Under the pieces are notes generated by a model. That model was not told the origin of the DNA, did no database searches, and saw nothing but the letters and a program-made list of their open reading frames with translations. Both the position numbers and the translations under genes were made by a program. Below, piece after piece: positions 1-9,555 of a stretch of 64,000 nucleotides of DNA. Origin of the DNA: an uncultured Chloroflexia bacterium (GTDB lineage Bacteria; Chloroflexota; Anaerolineae; Anaerolineales; E44-bin32); assembly GCA_963709925.1 (NCBI GenBank), contig CAVPYC010000003.1, forward strand, positions 126,201 through 190,200, given 5' to 3'. The stretch's first letter is position 1. Every line of letters begins with the position of its first letter.

Positions 1-879
1 GATGTGGATGTCGTCGTCCATCCCGGCGTAGCGGCAGGTGCGGTCGAGGTACGACCAACCCTCCGGATCGTCGGAGGCCATCGAGCCCGGCAGGGCCAAC
101 TGGACTTCGGGGATCTCGGCCTTGACCAGGCGATAGGCGTCGATCACGCCCAGCGGATCCTTCCAAGGATCAAACCGGCTGACCTGGGTCAGGATCGGCC
201 GGGCCGGATCGAGACCGAACGGGCGCAGCGCTTCCCGGGCTGCGTCGCGATCGGTCACCAGGTTCTTGGGAGAGAGCGGGTCGATCGTCGGAGGGCTGAT
301 CACCACACGTTCGGGAGGAATCCCCGGACCGACATACGCCGGCATGGTGAAGATCAGGGCGTCGTATGGCTCGAGACTGGGGGCCAGGAACTCCCAGTAG
401 GCCGGATTGGGCCGGGAGGTATCGATGTGGCAGCGCCAGATCCAGTGGGCGCCGCCGGCGCGGCCGCGCTCGGCCGGGATCCCGGCCGGCTGCGGGTCGT
501 GGACGATGACGAAATCGTACTCGCCCTCCAGGGCTTCGGCGTTGAGGTGGTTGTTCTCGCGCCAGGCCGCCTGCATCGGCTCGGTGAACGGCAACTCCAT
601 CCCCTGCAGGCCATTGTGCATCGCCTTGGTGACGGAGAAGAATCGCAAGTCGCCGGCGATCACCCGCCACTCGGCTTCCAGGCCGACGTCGTTCATCAGC
701 GGCACCACCGTGGCCAGGATCTCGGCCACCCCGCCGCCGTAGGCCGTGGCGTTGACATGCAGCACCCGCTTACCGGCCAGCGGGCGGGCCCGCGCACGGA
801 TGGCATCGACGATCTCATCGCCGACCACCTCTCGGTAGCTCTCCAACAACACCGGTTTGAGGTTGACCTGTTCCAGCAC
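1..879 (-). CDS. Glycosyltransferase family 4, TreT-like (trehalose glycosyltransferring synthase-like). Only the N-terminal ~293 aa; the 3' part lies beyond the window start
   Basis: Minus-strand translation from GTG at 879 (AAGGAG 6 nt upstream) reads VLEQVNLKPVLLESYREVVGDEIVDAIRARARPLAGKRVLHVNATAYGGGVAEILATVVPLMNDVGLEAEWRVIAGD..., a GT4 N-terminal Rossmann domain. It is not in the ORF track because it runs off the window. The plus-strand ORF 4..1026 is its antisense shadow. Confidence 0.75.
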   Translation of the reverse strand, partial: MLEQVNLKPVLLESYREVVGDEIVDAIRARARPLAGKRVLHVNATAYGGGVAEILATVVPLMNDVGLEAEWRVIAGDLRFFSVTKAMHNGLQGMELPFTEPMQAAWRENNHLNAEALEGEYDFVIVHDPQPAGIPAERGRAGGAHWIWRCHIDTSRPNPAYWEFLAPSLEPYDALIFTMPAYVGPGIPPERVVISPPTIDPLSPKNLVTDRDAAREALRPFGLDPARPILTQVSRFDPWKDPLGVIDAYRLVKAEIPEVQLALPGSMASDDPEGWSYLDRTCRYAGMDDDIHI

Positions 880-1022
880 GCTTGGCTCCTTGGGTATGGC
901 GGAGTCCCGCCGAAGAAGTCCTGTCCGCTGCTTCCGTTCCCGTCCAGGGTTTGCCCCACCTTGACAGGGAGCGCTTCCCCTAGGATAATACCCTTGCTTA
1001 CTCGTGTTAGCAAACGCCGATT

Positions 1023-2061
1023 GTGACCAAGAGACCCACCGCGAGCGATGTGGCCCGGCGGGCGGGAGTTTCCCGCACGACGGTCTCCTTCGTGCTCAAC
1101 AACGTCCCGGGCATGCGCATCTCGAGCGACACCCGGGATCGGGTGCTGGCCGCCGCCGCCCACCTCAACTATCACCCCGACATTTCCGCTCGCCGGCTGG
1201 TGACGGGCCGCACCGGGGTGCTGGCCTACGTCGAACGCCAGCCTGCCTCCAGCGCCTTCGCCGACGTGTTCCTGCCTTCGGCGTTACGCGGGGTTCACAG
1301 CGCGGCCGAGGCCGGTCGGTTACGAAGTGATGTTCCTTCCGGTGCCTCATGGCGAAGACAGCCGGCTGGAACGCCTGGTCGCCGAACGCCACGCCGATGG
1401 GTTGGTTCTTTCCGGCCCGCGGTCCGGACCGAACGAAGTGAAGCGCCTGCAGGGGACCGGCGCGCTGGTGGTGCTCCAGGGGAGCTGGCCCGAGGCGCCC
1501 TTCCCCTCGGTGGATATCGACAACGCCGCGGCCGCCAGGTTAGCCTGCGGGCATCTGCTCGGCCTGGGCCGCCGCCGGCTGGCGATGATCGTTCACGCCT
1601 CCGCCGAGTACACCGCCGCCGCCGCCCGCCTGGCCGGCTTTCGAGAGGCGCTGCGCCTGGCCGGCCTCGACCCGGGGGCGGCCCGCGCGACCCACGCCGA
1701 CTTCACCCCCGAGAGCGGGCAGGCGGCCGTTGACCTGTTGCTGCGGGAGGGGGATCCGCCGGATGCCTTGTTTGTCAGCAGCGACACCGTGGCGGTGGGG
1801 GTGCTGCACGCGTTGAAGGGTCGCGGCTTGCACATCCCCGACGACATCGCCGTGGTCGGCTTCGACGACATCCCGATGGCAGTCTATATCGACCCGCCGC
1901 TGACCACCATCCATGTCCCCGCCTTCGGTCTCGGGTGGGGAGCCGCCGATCTGGCGCTGCGCCTGATCCGTGGCGAAGACGTGGCCGAACGTCACGTCGT
2001 GCTCGAGACCGATCTGGTCGTCCGACGATCCTGCGGTGCCGATCCGGTCGTGGCGCCGTGA
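1023..2061 (+). CDS. LacI-family transcriptional regulator (HTH N-terminus plus periplasmic-binding-fold sugar domain), interrupted by a frame change near 1305-1330
   Basis: ORF 1023..1733 begins MTKRPTASDVARRAGVSRTTVSFVLNN (LacI HTH). ORF 1327..2061 in the next frame carries the LacI C-terminal domain (VVGFDDIPMAVYIDPPLTTIHVP). Removing one base near ggtcggttac restores AEAG-YEVMFLPV. Confidence 0.75.
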
Positions 2062-2144
2062 GAAAGGAGGTGCGCAGGAGAAGGCCACCTGCGATACCGC
2101 ACTACCCCAACTGGAACCCGAATTCTCAAGGAGGAGTAGCAAGA

Positions 2145-3463
2145 TGAAAGCAACTCGAATTCCCTGGCTAACCCTGACGATCGCCCTGGCGCTCGTCCTC
2201 ACCGCCTGCGCCGGCCCGGCGACGGTCGCCCCGCCCGAGGCGCCGCCCGAAGCTCCGCCGGACGCCCCGATGGGCACCATCGACTGCAAGGGCGCCTCCG
2301 CCGGCGACAGCCTGACCGTGATGTACCAGTGGTCAGGCGCCGAGGAGGAGAAGATCAACACCATCTTCGCCCCGCTGGTCGAAGAATGCGGGATCTCGAT
2401 CTCGGCTGAGTCGACGCGTGACGTGGCCGTTCTCGATGCCCGCGTGCAGAGCGATCCGCCCGACCTGCTGTTCTGGCCGAGCACCGCTCCGCTGACACTG
2501 TACCCGGATCTGCTGATCCCGCTGGATCAGGTGGGCGGCCAGGCCGACAGCTACGCCGGCTTCTGGGTCGACCTGGGGTCGGCCGGCGGCAGCTGGCTGG
2601 CCGTGCCGGTTAAGGCCGACATCAAGACCATCGTCTGGTACAGCCCGGCCCAGTTCGAGGCCTTCGGCTACGCTGTGCCGACGACCTTCGCAGAGCTGGA
2701 AGCCCTGGTCGACCAGATGGTCGCCGACGGCAACGTCCCGTGGAGCATGGGCTTCGAGAGCGGCCCGGCCACCGGCTGGACCGGCTCCGACTTCATCCAG
2801 GACCTGTTGCTGACCCAGCAGGGTCCGGAATACGTCATGAACCTGATCTCGGGGGAGGTCGCCTACAATGATGCCGGAGTCATGCAGGCCTACGAGACCT
2901 ACCTGGCCTGGGCCACCGACCCGACGACCACGGTCGGCGGGGCCGACGGCACACTGACCACGCCGTTCCTGGATGCGATCTACAAGATCGTCTCCGATCC
3001 GGTCGAGGCCATGATGGTCAAGCAATCCGGCTTTGCCGGCGGCGAGATCGTGGCCCAGTTCCCGGATCTGACCTACGGCACCGACTTTGACTTCTTCGCC
3101 TTCCCCGGAGCTCAGGGGATGCAGGGCGGCGCCGACTTCATGATGGCCTTCGGCGACTCGCCGGCCGCCCAGGCCATGGTCGGTTACCTGACCAGCGCCG
3201 CCGGTGGCGCCGCCTGGGCCGAGGCGGGTTTCGACCTCTCGCCCAACAGCGGAGCCGACGGGCACTACATGGATCCGCAGCTGGCCAAGAAGGGGGCCGC
3301 CCTGACGGGCGCCTCCGGCTTCACGCCCGACCTGGGCGACTCCATCCCGGCACCGTTCGGTGAGACCGAGTTCTCGGCGATCGCCGACGCCGTCGGGGGC
3401 GGAGACCTGGCGACGGCGCTGGGCAAGGCCGCCGAAGCCCAGGCCGAGGCCCTGGGACAGTAA
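2145..3463 (+). CDS. Carbohydrate ABC transporter substrate-binding lipoprotein (family 1 SBP)
   Basis: AAGGAGGAG RBS then ATG at 2145. Signal peptide with lipobox (LVLTAC) followed by a Pro/Ala-rich linker, and an SBP fold to the stop at 3463. The ORF-track start at 1970 is an upstream extension. Confidence 0.85.
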
Positions 3464-3530
3464 CCGTCGCAACGCCTCTCGGGTGCGGGCCCCCCGGGGC
3501 CCGCACCCGACCCCCGGGAGGTAAGGCGCC

Positions 3531-4442
3531 ATGAGCGGACCCCGAATCATGCGCCAGGGGCGCATCGTTCCCTGGCTGTATCTGCTCCCCTCCCTGCTGG
3601 TCCTGCTGGTCTTCATCGTCTATCCCACCGTCAACACCTTCGCCCTCAGCCTGCGCAACCGGAGCGGCGACGCCCCGGCCGCGGCCGAATGCCGCGCCGA
3701 GGCGCCGTGCTGGGGCGCCTTCGAGAACTATCGCTACGCCCTGACCAATCCGGAAATGGTCCAGGCTCTGGGCAACAACGCGCTGTGGCTGCTGGTGATG
3801 GTGCCGGCCACGGTCGGCATCGGTCTGGCGGTGGCCATCCTGGCCGACCGGGTGCGCTATGAAAGCCTGGTCAAGTCGCTGATCTTCATCCCGATGGCGA
3901 TCTCCTTCGTCGGTGCCGGCGTGATCTGGCGCTTCATGTACGCCTTCCAGAGCGGCGGCGAACAGATCGGCGTGCTCAACGCGGTCCTGGCCGCTCTCGG
4001 GCTGGACCCGGTGCCGTGGCTCAGCACGGCCGGGGTCAACAACCTGGCGTTGATGATGGTCGGCGTGTGGTTGTGGGCCGGGTTCTGCATGACCATTTTG
4101 TCGGCCGCCATCAAGGGGATGCCAGCCGAAGTGCTGGAGGCGGCCGAGGTCGACGGGGCCAGCGGCTGGCAGGTGTTCTGGTACATCACCGTGCCGATGA
4201 TCCTGCCCACCATCACCGTGGTCTTCACCACCATGATCATCATCGTGCTGAAGATTTTCGACGTGGTCTTCGTCATGACCGGAGGCAACTTCGGCACCGA
4301 AGTGATCGCCAACCGCATGTTCAAGCTGATCGTCACCCACACCGGCCGCTCGACGGCCATCGCCGTGCTGCTGCTGGTGCTGACCATCCCGGTGATGATC
4401 ATCAACGTCGTTCGCTTCCGCAAGCAGGAGGAGATGCGGTGA
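3531..4442 (+). CDS. Carbohydrate ABC transporter permease (MalF/UgpA type)
   Basis: 303 aa, 6 TM helices, with the EAA-like loop (AIKGMPAEVLEAAEVDGASGWQVFWYITVPM). Confidence 0.9.
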   Translation: MSGPRIMRQGRIVPWLYLLPSLLVLLVFIVYPTVNTFALSLRNRSGDAPAAAECRAEAPCWGAFENYRYALTNPEMVQALGNNALWLLVMVPATVGIGLAVAILADRVRYESLVKSLIFIPMAISFVGAGVIWRFMYAFQSGGEQIGVLNAVLAALGLDPVPWLSTAGVNNLALMMVGVWLWAGFCMTILSAAIKGMPAEVLEAAEVDGASGWQVFWYITVPMILPTITVVFTTMIIIVLKIFDVVFVMTGGNFGTEVIANRMFKLIVTHTGRSTAIAVLLLVLTIPVMIINVVRFRKQEEMR

Positions 4443-5655
4443 AACCGTTCGCCGGGCTCAACCGCTTCTTCTCCCGGTTGCCGATTCACCTGAGCCTGAT
4501 CCTGATCGCGCTGCTGTGGGTGATCCCGGTGTTTGGGGTGCTGGTGACCTCGTTCCGCTCGCGCGAGGCCGTTCGCACCACCGGTTGGTGGATGGTGGTC
4601 GGCCGCGCCGCCACGCCCGGGGTCGAGGGGTACCAGACCTATTGCGAAGAGTGCCACGGGTCGGCCGGGGATGCGCTGCCGTCGGCCGACCTGTCGTCGC
4701 CGGAAGTGGTGGCGCGCTTCCCGCGCTCGACCGACTTGCTGCGGATGGTCCAGGCGGGGATCGACGGGGGACCTCACTTGGTCGACCCGCCTCTGCCCGC
4801 CTCCACCCGAGAAGCCCTCGATCTGCTGGCGCCGATCGGCGACCAACTGCGGGTCTTGAGCGGGATCGATCCCGCCGAAGGCGAGAAGCTGGGGGTGCGC
4901 AACTACGCCGACGCCCTGGTCGGCTACAAGGGAACCCAGGACTATCTCACCGACTGCGAAGAAGGTGTCCCGGCGACCCTGGCCAAGTTCGACTGCAGCC
5001 CGGCCGACCTGGCCAGCCCCGAAGGAATGGGCCGTGCTTTCGTGAACACCATGGCGGTAGCGGTGCCCTCGGCCCTGCTGCCAATTGTTCTGGCCGCGTT
5101 CGCCGCCTACGCCTTCGCCTGGATGGACTTCCCCGGACGCCAGTGGATCTTCGCCCTCCTGGTCGGTCTGCAGATCATCCCGCTGCAACTGGCGCTGGTG
5201 CCCATCGCCCGTCTGTACTCCCAGGTCGGGTTGCAGGGGACCTTCCTCGGGGTGTGGCTGTTCCACAGCGCGTTCGGCCTGTCCTACGCCATCTTCCTGC
5301 TGCGCTCGTTCATCGGTTCGCTGCCCACCGAGATCTTCGAATCGGCCTACATCGACGGCGCCACCCACTGGACCGTGTTCCGTCGTCTGGCCCTGCCCCT
5401 GGCCGTGCCGGCCATCGCCTCGCTGGCGATCTTCCAGTTCCTGTGGATCTGGAACGACTTTCTGGTGGCCAAGGTGTTCCTCAGCGGTCAGCCGGTGCTG
5501 ACCGTGCAGGTGGCCAACCTGATCGATCCCGCGGAGGCAACTGGCACATCCTGACCGGAGCCGCGTTCCTGTCGTTCCTGGTTCCTATGGCGGTCTTCCT
5601 CGGGCTCCAGCGCTTCTTCGTGCGGGGCCTGCTGGCCGGCTCGGTCAAGGGTTAG
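4439..5655 (+). CDS. Carbohydrate ABC transporter permease (MalG/UgpE type) with a ~190-aa periplasmic loop containing a CxxCH motif. A frame change near 5525-5535 affects the C-terminus
   Basis: GTG at 4439 overlaps the upstream stop (ATGCGGTGA). TM1 is followed by a long loop containing YCEECHG. The EAA loop is SAYIDGATHWTVFRRLALP. The canonical C-terminus GGNWHILTGAAFLSFLVPMAVFLGLQRFFVRGLLAG is in the frame of ORF 4516..5655. Confidence 0.8.
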
Positions 5656-5741
5656 CGCGGCTCACAGCATTCCGTTACCGTTGTTTGTCGAGGGGTCGGG
5701 TGTGACGCGGTGGCATGCCGACTCTCAATCGTCCAGATCCG

Positions 5742-5771
5742 TCTGCCGATGGCTTGGTTTGGCCATCGGCA
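5742..5771 (+). terminator. Perfect 11-bp stem hairpin (CTGCCGATGGC-ttggtttg-GCCATCGGCAG) downstream of the ABC operon. It could instead be an operator, since it overlaps a weak TTTGGC-18-TATGGT promoter-like pair for the next gene
   Basis: Inverted repeat read directly from the sequence. The T content after the stem is modest (attgtgctgtat), so this is not a textbook intrinsic terminator. Confidence 0.4.
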
Positions 5772-5846
5772 GATTGTGCTGTATGGTGTCAATTGCGGTA
5801 GGCGCCGGCCGGCGGCCGGCGAGGGAGATTCCAAAGGAGGAGTTTC

Positions 5847-6467
5847 GTGAAACGAGGCGCAATTCAAGCGGTAATAGGAGGCCTGGCCCTGGCAGTGATC
5901 GCCTGTACCTGTAGTCTGGGCGGGATTCCCGGCTTGGGAGGCATCACGGGGGAAGATACCGTGGGGCTCAACCCCAACGGCGACGAGGTCGAGCAAGCCG
6001 AGGAAGGCGGAGTGCCGGGGGCCGGCTTGGTCACAACGCCTACCTCCGCCTCGCTGGGAGAGATCGGGGATGTTCTCCCGACGGTCACCCCCCTGCCGGA
6101 GCAGAAGGTACGGGTGCGAATCACGGTCTACCTGGATGAGGCCGGGCATGTCACTTTCGTCGACATCCCCGAGGACTCCGAGTGGTCGATCCTGCGAGAC
6201 GGCGCCGATATCACAATTGTCGTCGAGGGCAGGGATTACCGGGTCACCTGCATCGAGCTGAGCGGGAAAATCGGCGACGACGGCGCCTTCACGGCCGAAG
6301 GTGTTGGCGTGGTGGCCGGCTTCCAGAACGTCCACGGCACCTTGTTGGGGACCATCCTGTACGACGGGGAAGGGCTGTCCGACTTCTTCGGCCGGTTGAC
6401 TCTCGGAGATATGGGCGAACTGCCCCAGGGGAAGGGGATCACCTACGACGTGGAGCGGATCGAGTAG
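5847..6467 (+). CDS. Hypothetical secreted/lipoprotein (206 aa)
   Basis: AAAGGAGGAG RBS then GTG at 5847. N-terminal signal with a Cys-containing lipobox-like stretch (ALAVIACTCS). Acidic Gly-rich protein with no recognisable family. Confidence 0.55.
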   Translation: MKRGAIQAVIGGLALAVIACTCSLGGIPGLGGITGEDTVGLNPNGDEVEQAEEGGVPGAGLVTTPTSASLGEIGDVLPTVTPLPEQKVRVRITVYLDEAGHVTFVDIPEDSEWSILRDGADITIVVEGRDYRVTCIELSGKIGDDGAFTAEGVGVVAGFQNVHGTLLGTILYDGEGLSDFFGRLTLGDMGELPQGKGITYDVERIE

Positions 6468-6546
6468 GCCTTCCCTGATATCCGTCCGGAATCGAAACCG
6501 GGTCAGCCGGCACGGCTGACCCGGTTGCTTGAGCCGGAACGTCGGG

Positions 6547-7770
6547 TTACGACGGTTGCTGCTGCGCCCGGGCCGTGCGCCGTGCGGCCGGGCGGGCCAT
6601 GGCCAGGAAGCCTCCGCCGACAGCCAGCCCGGTCAGGAAGCACAATCCCCACAGAGCGGGCGCGCCCAGGCCCTCGTAGATCCAGCCTCCCAGCACAGGG
6701 CCGACGAAGAAAGCCAGCCCCCAGGCGGAGCCGAAGATGCCCTGGTACAGGCCGCGCTTGTCAGGGGGCGAGAGGTCGGCCACCACCGCGGGGGCGATGG
6801 TCGCCCCGCCGATTTCTCCCAGGGTCCAGATCAGCACGCTCAGGGCATACACCGGAAACGTAGTGGCGAGGAAAGGGAGCCCGAAACCGATCCCGAGCAG
6901 CACCGCCGAGATCGCCATGGCCCCGAAACGGGGCCAGCGGGGTGCAGCGTTGCTGGCGGGCAGCCCCAGCACCACGATCAGGGCCCCGTTCAGGGCGATG
7001 GCCAGCCCGTAGCGGTCGGGCGAGAGCCCGGCGGCGCCCATGTCGATCGGAAGCGTGACGTGGCCTTGTGCGTAGATGATTCCGAAGAACAGCGCCAGGC
7101 CGGCAAACGCGATCAGCAGCGGCTCCGACCGCAACCCGGAGAGCCGGACCCCCAGTGGCACCGCGGGCCCGCCCGAGAGCTCCGCCGGCCGGGTCTCCCG
7201 GACGCCCCACAACACGACCAACCCGAAGACCAGGGTGGTCAGGGCGTCGCCGATGAACAGCAGGAGGAAGTTCCGGGTCGCCATGAACCCGGCCAGGATC
7301 GGTGCGGCGGCCGCGCCGATGTTGATCGCCCAGTACAGATACCCGTAGGCCCGCGGGCGGTCGTGCGACGGCACCATGTCGACGATGGCCGCGCTGACCG
7401 CCGGTCGGTACAGGTCGGTGAAGAAGCCGAGCAGAAAAGTGGACAGAGCGATCAGCGCGATGCTCTGCGAGAATCCGACGGCCAGCATCACCGGAGGCGC
7501 CACAAAGAAGCTGATCAGCATCACCGGTCGGCGGCCCAGCCGGTCGGCCAATTCTCCCCCCACCAGACTGGCCAGGAACGATCCGGCCCCGAACAGCGAG
7601 ACCATCAACGCCGCCTGGCTGACCGGGATGCCGCGCCGGCCTGTCAGGTACAGGGTCAGAAAGGGTACGACGAAACCCCCCAGGCGGTTGACCACCGTCC
7701 CGGCCCACAGGAACCAGTAGTTCCTGGGCAGGCCGGCGCCTCGCAGGAAACGGGAAACCGCGTTGGGCAT
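6547..7770 (-). CDS. MFS transporter (12 TM)
   Basis: 407 aa with the MFS motif GRRGIPVSQAALMVSLFGAGSF and LADRLGRRPVM. The large plus-strand ORF 6529..8067 is antisense. Confidence 0.85.
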   Translation of the reverse strand: MPNAVSRFLRGAGLPRNYWFLWAGTVVNRLGGFVVPFLTLYLTGRRGIPVSQAALMVSLFGAGSFLASLVGGELADRLGRRPVMLISFFVAPPVMLAVGFSQSIALIALSTFLLGFFTDLYRPAVSAAIVDMVPSHDRPRAYGYLYWAINIGAAAAPILAGFMATRNFLLLFIGDALTTLVFGLVVLWGVRETRPAELSGGPAVPLGVRLSGLRSEPLLIAFAGLALFFGIIYAQGHVTLPIDMGAAGLSPDRYGLAIALNGALIVVLGLPASNAAPRWPRFGAMAISAVLLGIGFGLPFLATTFPVYALSVLIWTLGEIGGATIAPAVVADLSPPDKRGLYQGIFGSAWGLAFFVGPVLGGWIYEGLGAPALWGLCFLTGLAVGGGFLAMARPAARRTARAQQQPS

Positions 7771-7859
7771 GAGCCAACCTCGTTCCTTCGATCACGCCGA
7801 CGGGCTGTCGAAGTCTACCCGACGACCACCCGACGGTCCAACGGGAGGGGCAGGTCGGG

Positions 7860-8237
7860 TCAGCCCACCATGCTCCGCATCCGCGCAAAGGCCACCAGGC
7901 TGAGGACGAACCCCAACAGCAGGCCGAAGTCGTGGACCAGCTTGTGGACCGGCCCGACCTCGAAGAAGGTGACGGCCACCACCCCGATGTCGAGCAGCAG
8001 AAGTCCGACGGCGAAGATCAGGAAGACCGATGCCATCCGCCCTCCGCGCATTTGCAGGGCGCTGTAGACGGCGAAGCCGACCGCCACCAGGCCGGCGGCA
8101 ATCCCCAACATCAGGAAGGGGGATCCCGTGAACAGGTCGCCGCCTCCCTGAAGCGACGGACCGCTCCAGCCGAGCGGCAGCCCGGCCATAAGGACCGGCT
8201 TGGTGCTCTCGATCCAATTCTTGGACGATCTGAGCAT
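7860..8237 (-). CDS. Small membrane protein (125 aa, 3 to 4 TM)
   Basis: AAGGAGGAAGAA RBS then ATG at 8237 (MLRSSKNWIESTKPVLMAGLPLGW...). Hydrophobic throughout. The ORF-track version (341 aa) over-extends upstream. Confidence 0.5.
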   Translation of the reverse strand: MLRSSKNWIESTKPVLMAGLPLGWSGPSLQGGGDLFTGSPFLMLGIAAGLVAVGFAVYSALQMRGGRMASVFLIFAVGLLLLDIGVVAVTFFEVGPVHKLVHDFGLLLGFVLSLVAFARMRSMVG

Positions 8238-8299
8238 TTCTTCCTCCTTAGGTTGAAGCATGGGTTCGGCTGGTTCCCGGCCGGATGTCCGGACGGACA

Positions 8300-9349
8300 T
8301 CACGACTCGGGCCATGTCTCCAGGATTCCCAGGCGCGCCAGCCTGGGCCGCAGCCCGCGCAGGCGCGCCTCGATCGGCGGCCGGACCACCCGGGCGCCGA
8401 AGACGTCGCGAGCCTGGACCCAGCACCGGTCGAGCAGGGTGACAAACCCGGGCACGGCACGTGAAACCACCAGGGGTCCGATCTCTGCCGAATCCAATTC
8501 GATCGTCCCCTGCTCGCTCAGCACCAGCCCCTGCATCCAGGGATCGCGTTCGGCCACCTGGCGTTGTGCGTTCAGGAAGTAGCTCTTCGACCGGGCCGGC
8601 CCGGCGACCTCCGCCAGGGCTTGCACACAGAGCCCGACGGCGGCGATCAGGGGCTCGAGCGGGGCGTCGACCAGGTGCCGGACGATCGAGCCCAACTCGA
8701 TCTGCTCCGGAGTCGGCGAGCGAAAGGCGCGCACCACCCCACCGGTTTCCCCGGCGATCTGGTAGATTGGCAGGCTGCCGCGAGCCAGGCTGTCGCCCTG
8801 GCGCACGTACGATTGGATCGGCCAGCCTTCGGCGTAGAAGAGAAAACCCTCCCTGGTCGAGTCGGACGAGCGAATGTGGATGCATCCCGTGAAGCGCTCA
8901 CGCCGCAGCGCGCTCTCCTCGCCGGCGACCGACAGACCTGAAGGGTCGAGGGGCCGTGGGAGCGGCGCACCCGAAATCAGGGCCAGAAAGCTGACGACGA
9001 ACTTGTCGGTGAAACGCCGCAGGTCCAGCCGGACGGGCTCGGCCCGTGAGATTTGCAGCAACTGTCCCAGGGCCTCTCCACCGAAAGCGAGGCTTCCGTT
9101 CCCGAGTTCGGCATGGGCCGTTCGTCCCTCGTAGAAGACCAGGGCCCCGGAGGCGGAGGAAGGGGTCCTCGCCTGCAGCATGCCCGAGAACGACCCCTTG
9201 CTCAACTCGTCCAACAGGCGCGGCAGGTCGACGGGAGTCGGGTGGGCGTCTTCCCGCACAACGATCCCATCCGGCAGAGCGAGGGGGATTCGGCCTTCCG
9301 GACCCGGGTAGGTCGGCGGGGGATCGCCTTGCGGGACGTTGTCAGGCAC
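8300..9349 (-). CDS. Hypothetical protein, possibly two DUF4388-like repeats
   Basis: GAAGGGA RBS then GTG at 9349. Two internal segments resemble the DUF4388 pattern (LSKGSFSGMLQ...GALVFYEGRTAHA and IHIRSSDSTREGFLFYAEGWPIQS). This assignment is tentative. Confidence 0.5.
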   Translation of the reverse strand: MPDNVPQGDPPPTYPGPEGRIPLALPDGIVVREDAHPTPVDLPRLLDELSKGSFSGMLQARTPSSASGALVFYEGRTAHAELGNGSLAFGGEALGQLLQISRAEPVRLDLRRFTDKFVVSFLALISGAPLPRPLDPSGLSVAGEESALRRERFTGCIHIRSSDSTREGFLFYAEGWPIQSYVRQGDSLARGSLPIYQIAGETGGVVRAFRSPTPEQIELGSIVRHLVDAPLEPLIAAVGLCVQALAEVAGPARSKSYFLNAQRQVAERDPWMQGLVLSEQGTIELDSAEIGPLVVSRAVPGFVTLLDRCWVQARDVFGARVVRPPIEARLRGLRPRLARLGILETWPES

Positions 9350-9555
9350 GGCGATCCCTTCGCTGTCTCAGGATGGGCACAACTCCTCCTCCCCGGCGCT
9401 GCCCGTAATCATACAAAATCTATCCTAATTTCCAGAGTACAGGAACCTAACAGTTCTGGGCCTGGCATGGCAGCGGTCCTAGGGGAATCCCACGGATTCG
9501 ACGATAATTGTCCCGAAATGCGCAATCTTCCTGCGTGAGCCGAAGGAGGCGTCAG

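Noticed and set aside
4-1026. 340-aa plus-strand ORF at the window start, and similar long ORFs at 6529..8067, 22690..24753, 26828..29101, 27714..30023 and 37304..38146
   Set aside because: R/G/D/H-rich compositions typical of antisense or off-frame reading of high-GC genes. Each lies opposite a gene with clear homology (GT4, MFS, NdvB, DUF3160).
9440-9470. TGGCATGGCAGCGG upstream of nirK as a sigma-54 promoter
   Set aside because: GG-N10-GC spacing is not met. No credible -12 element.
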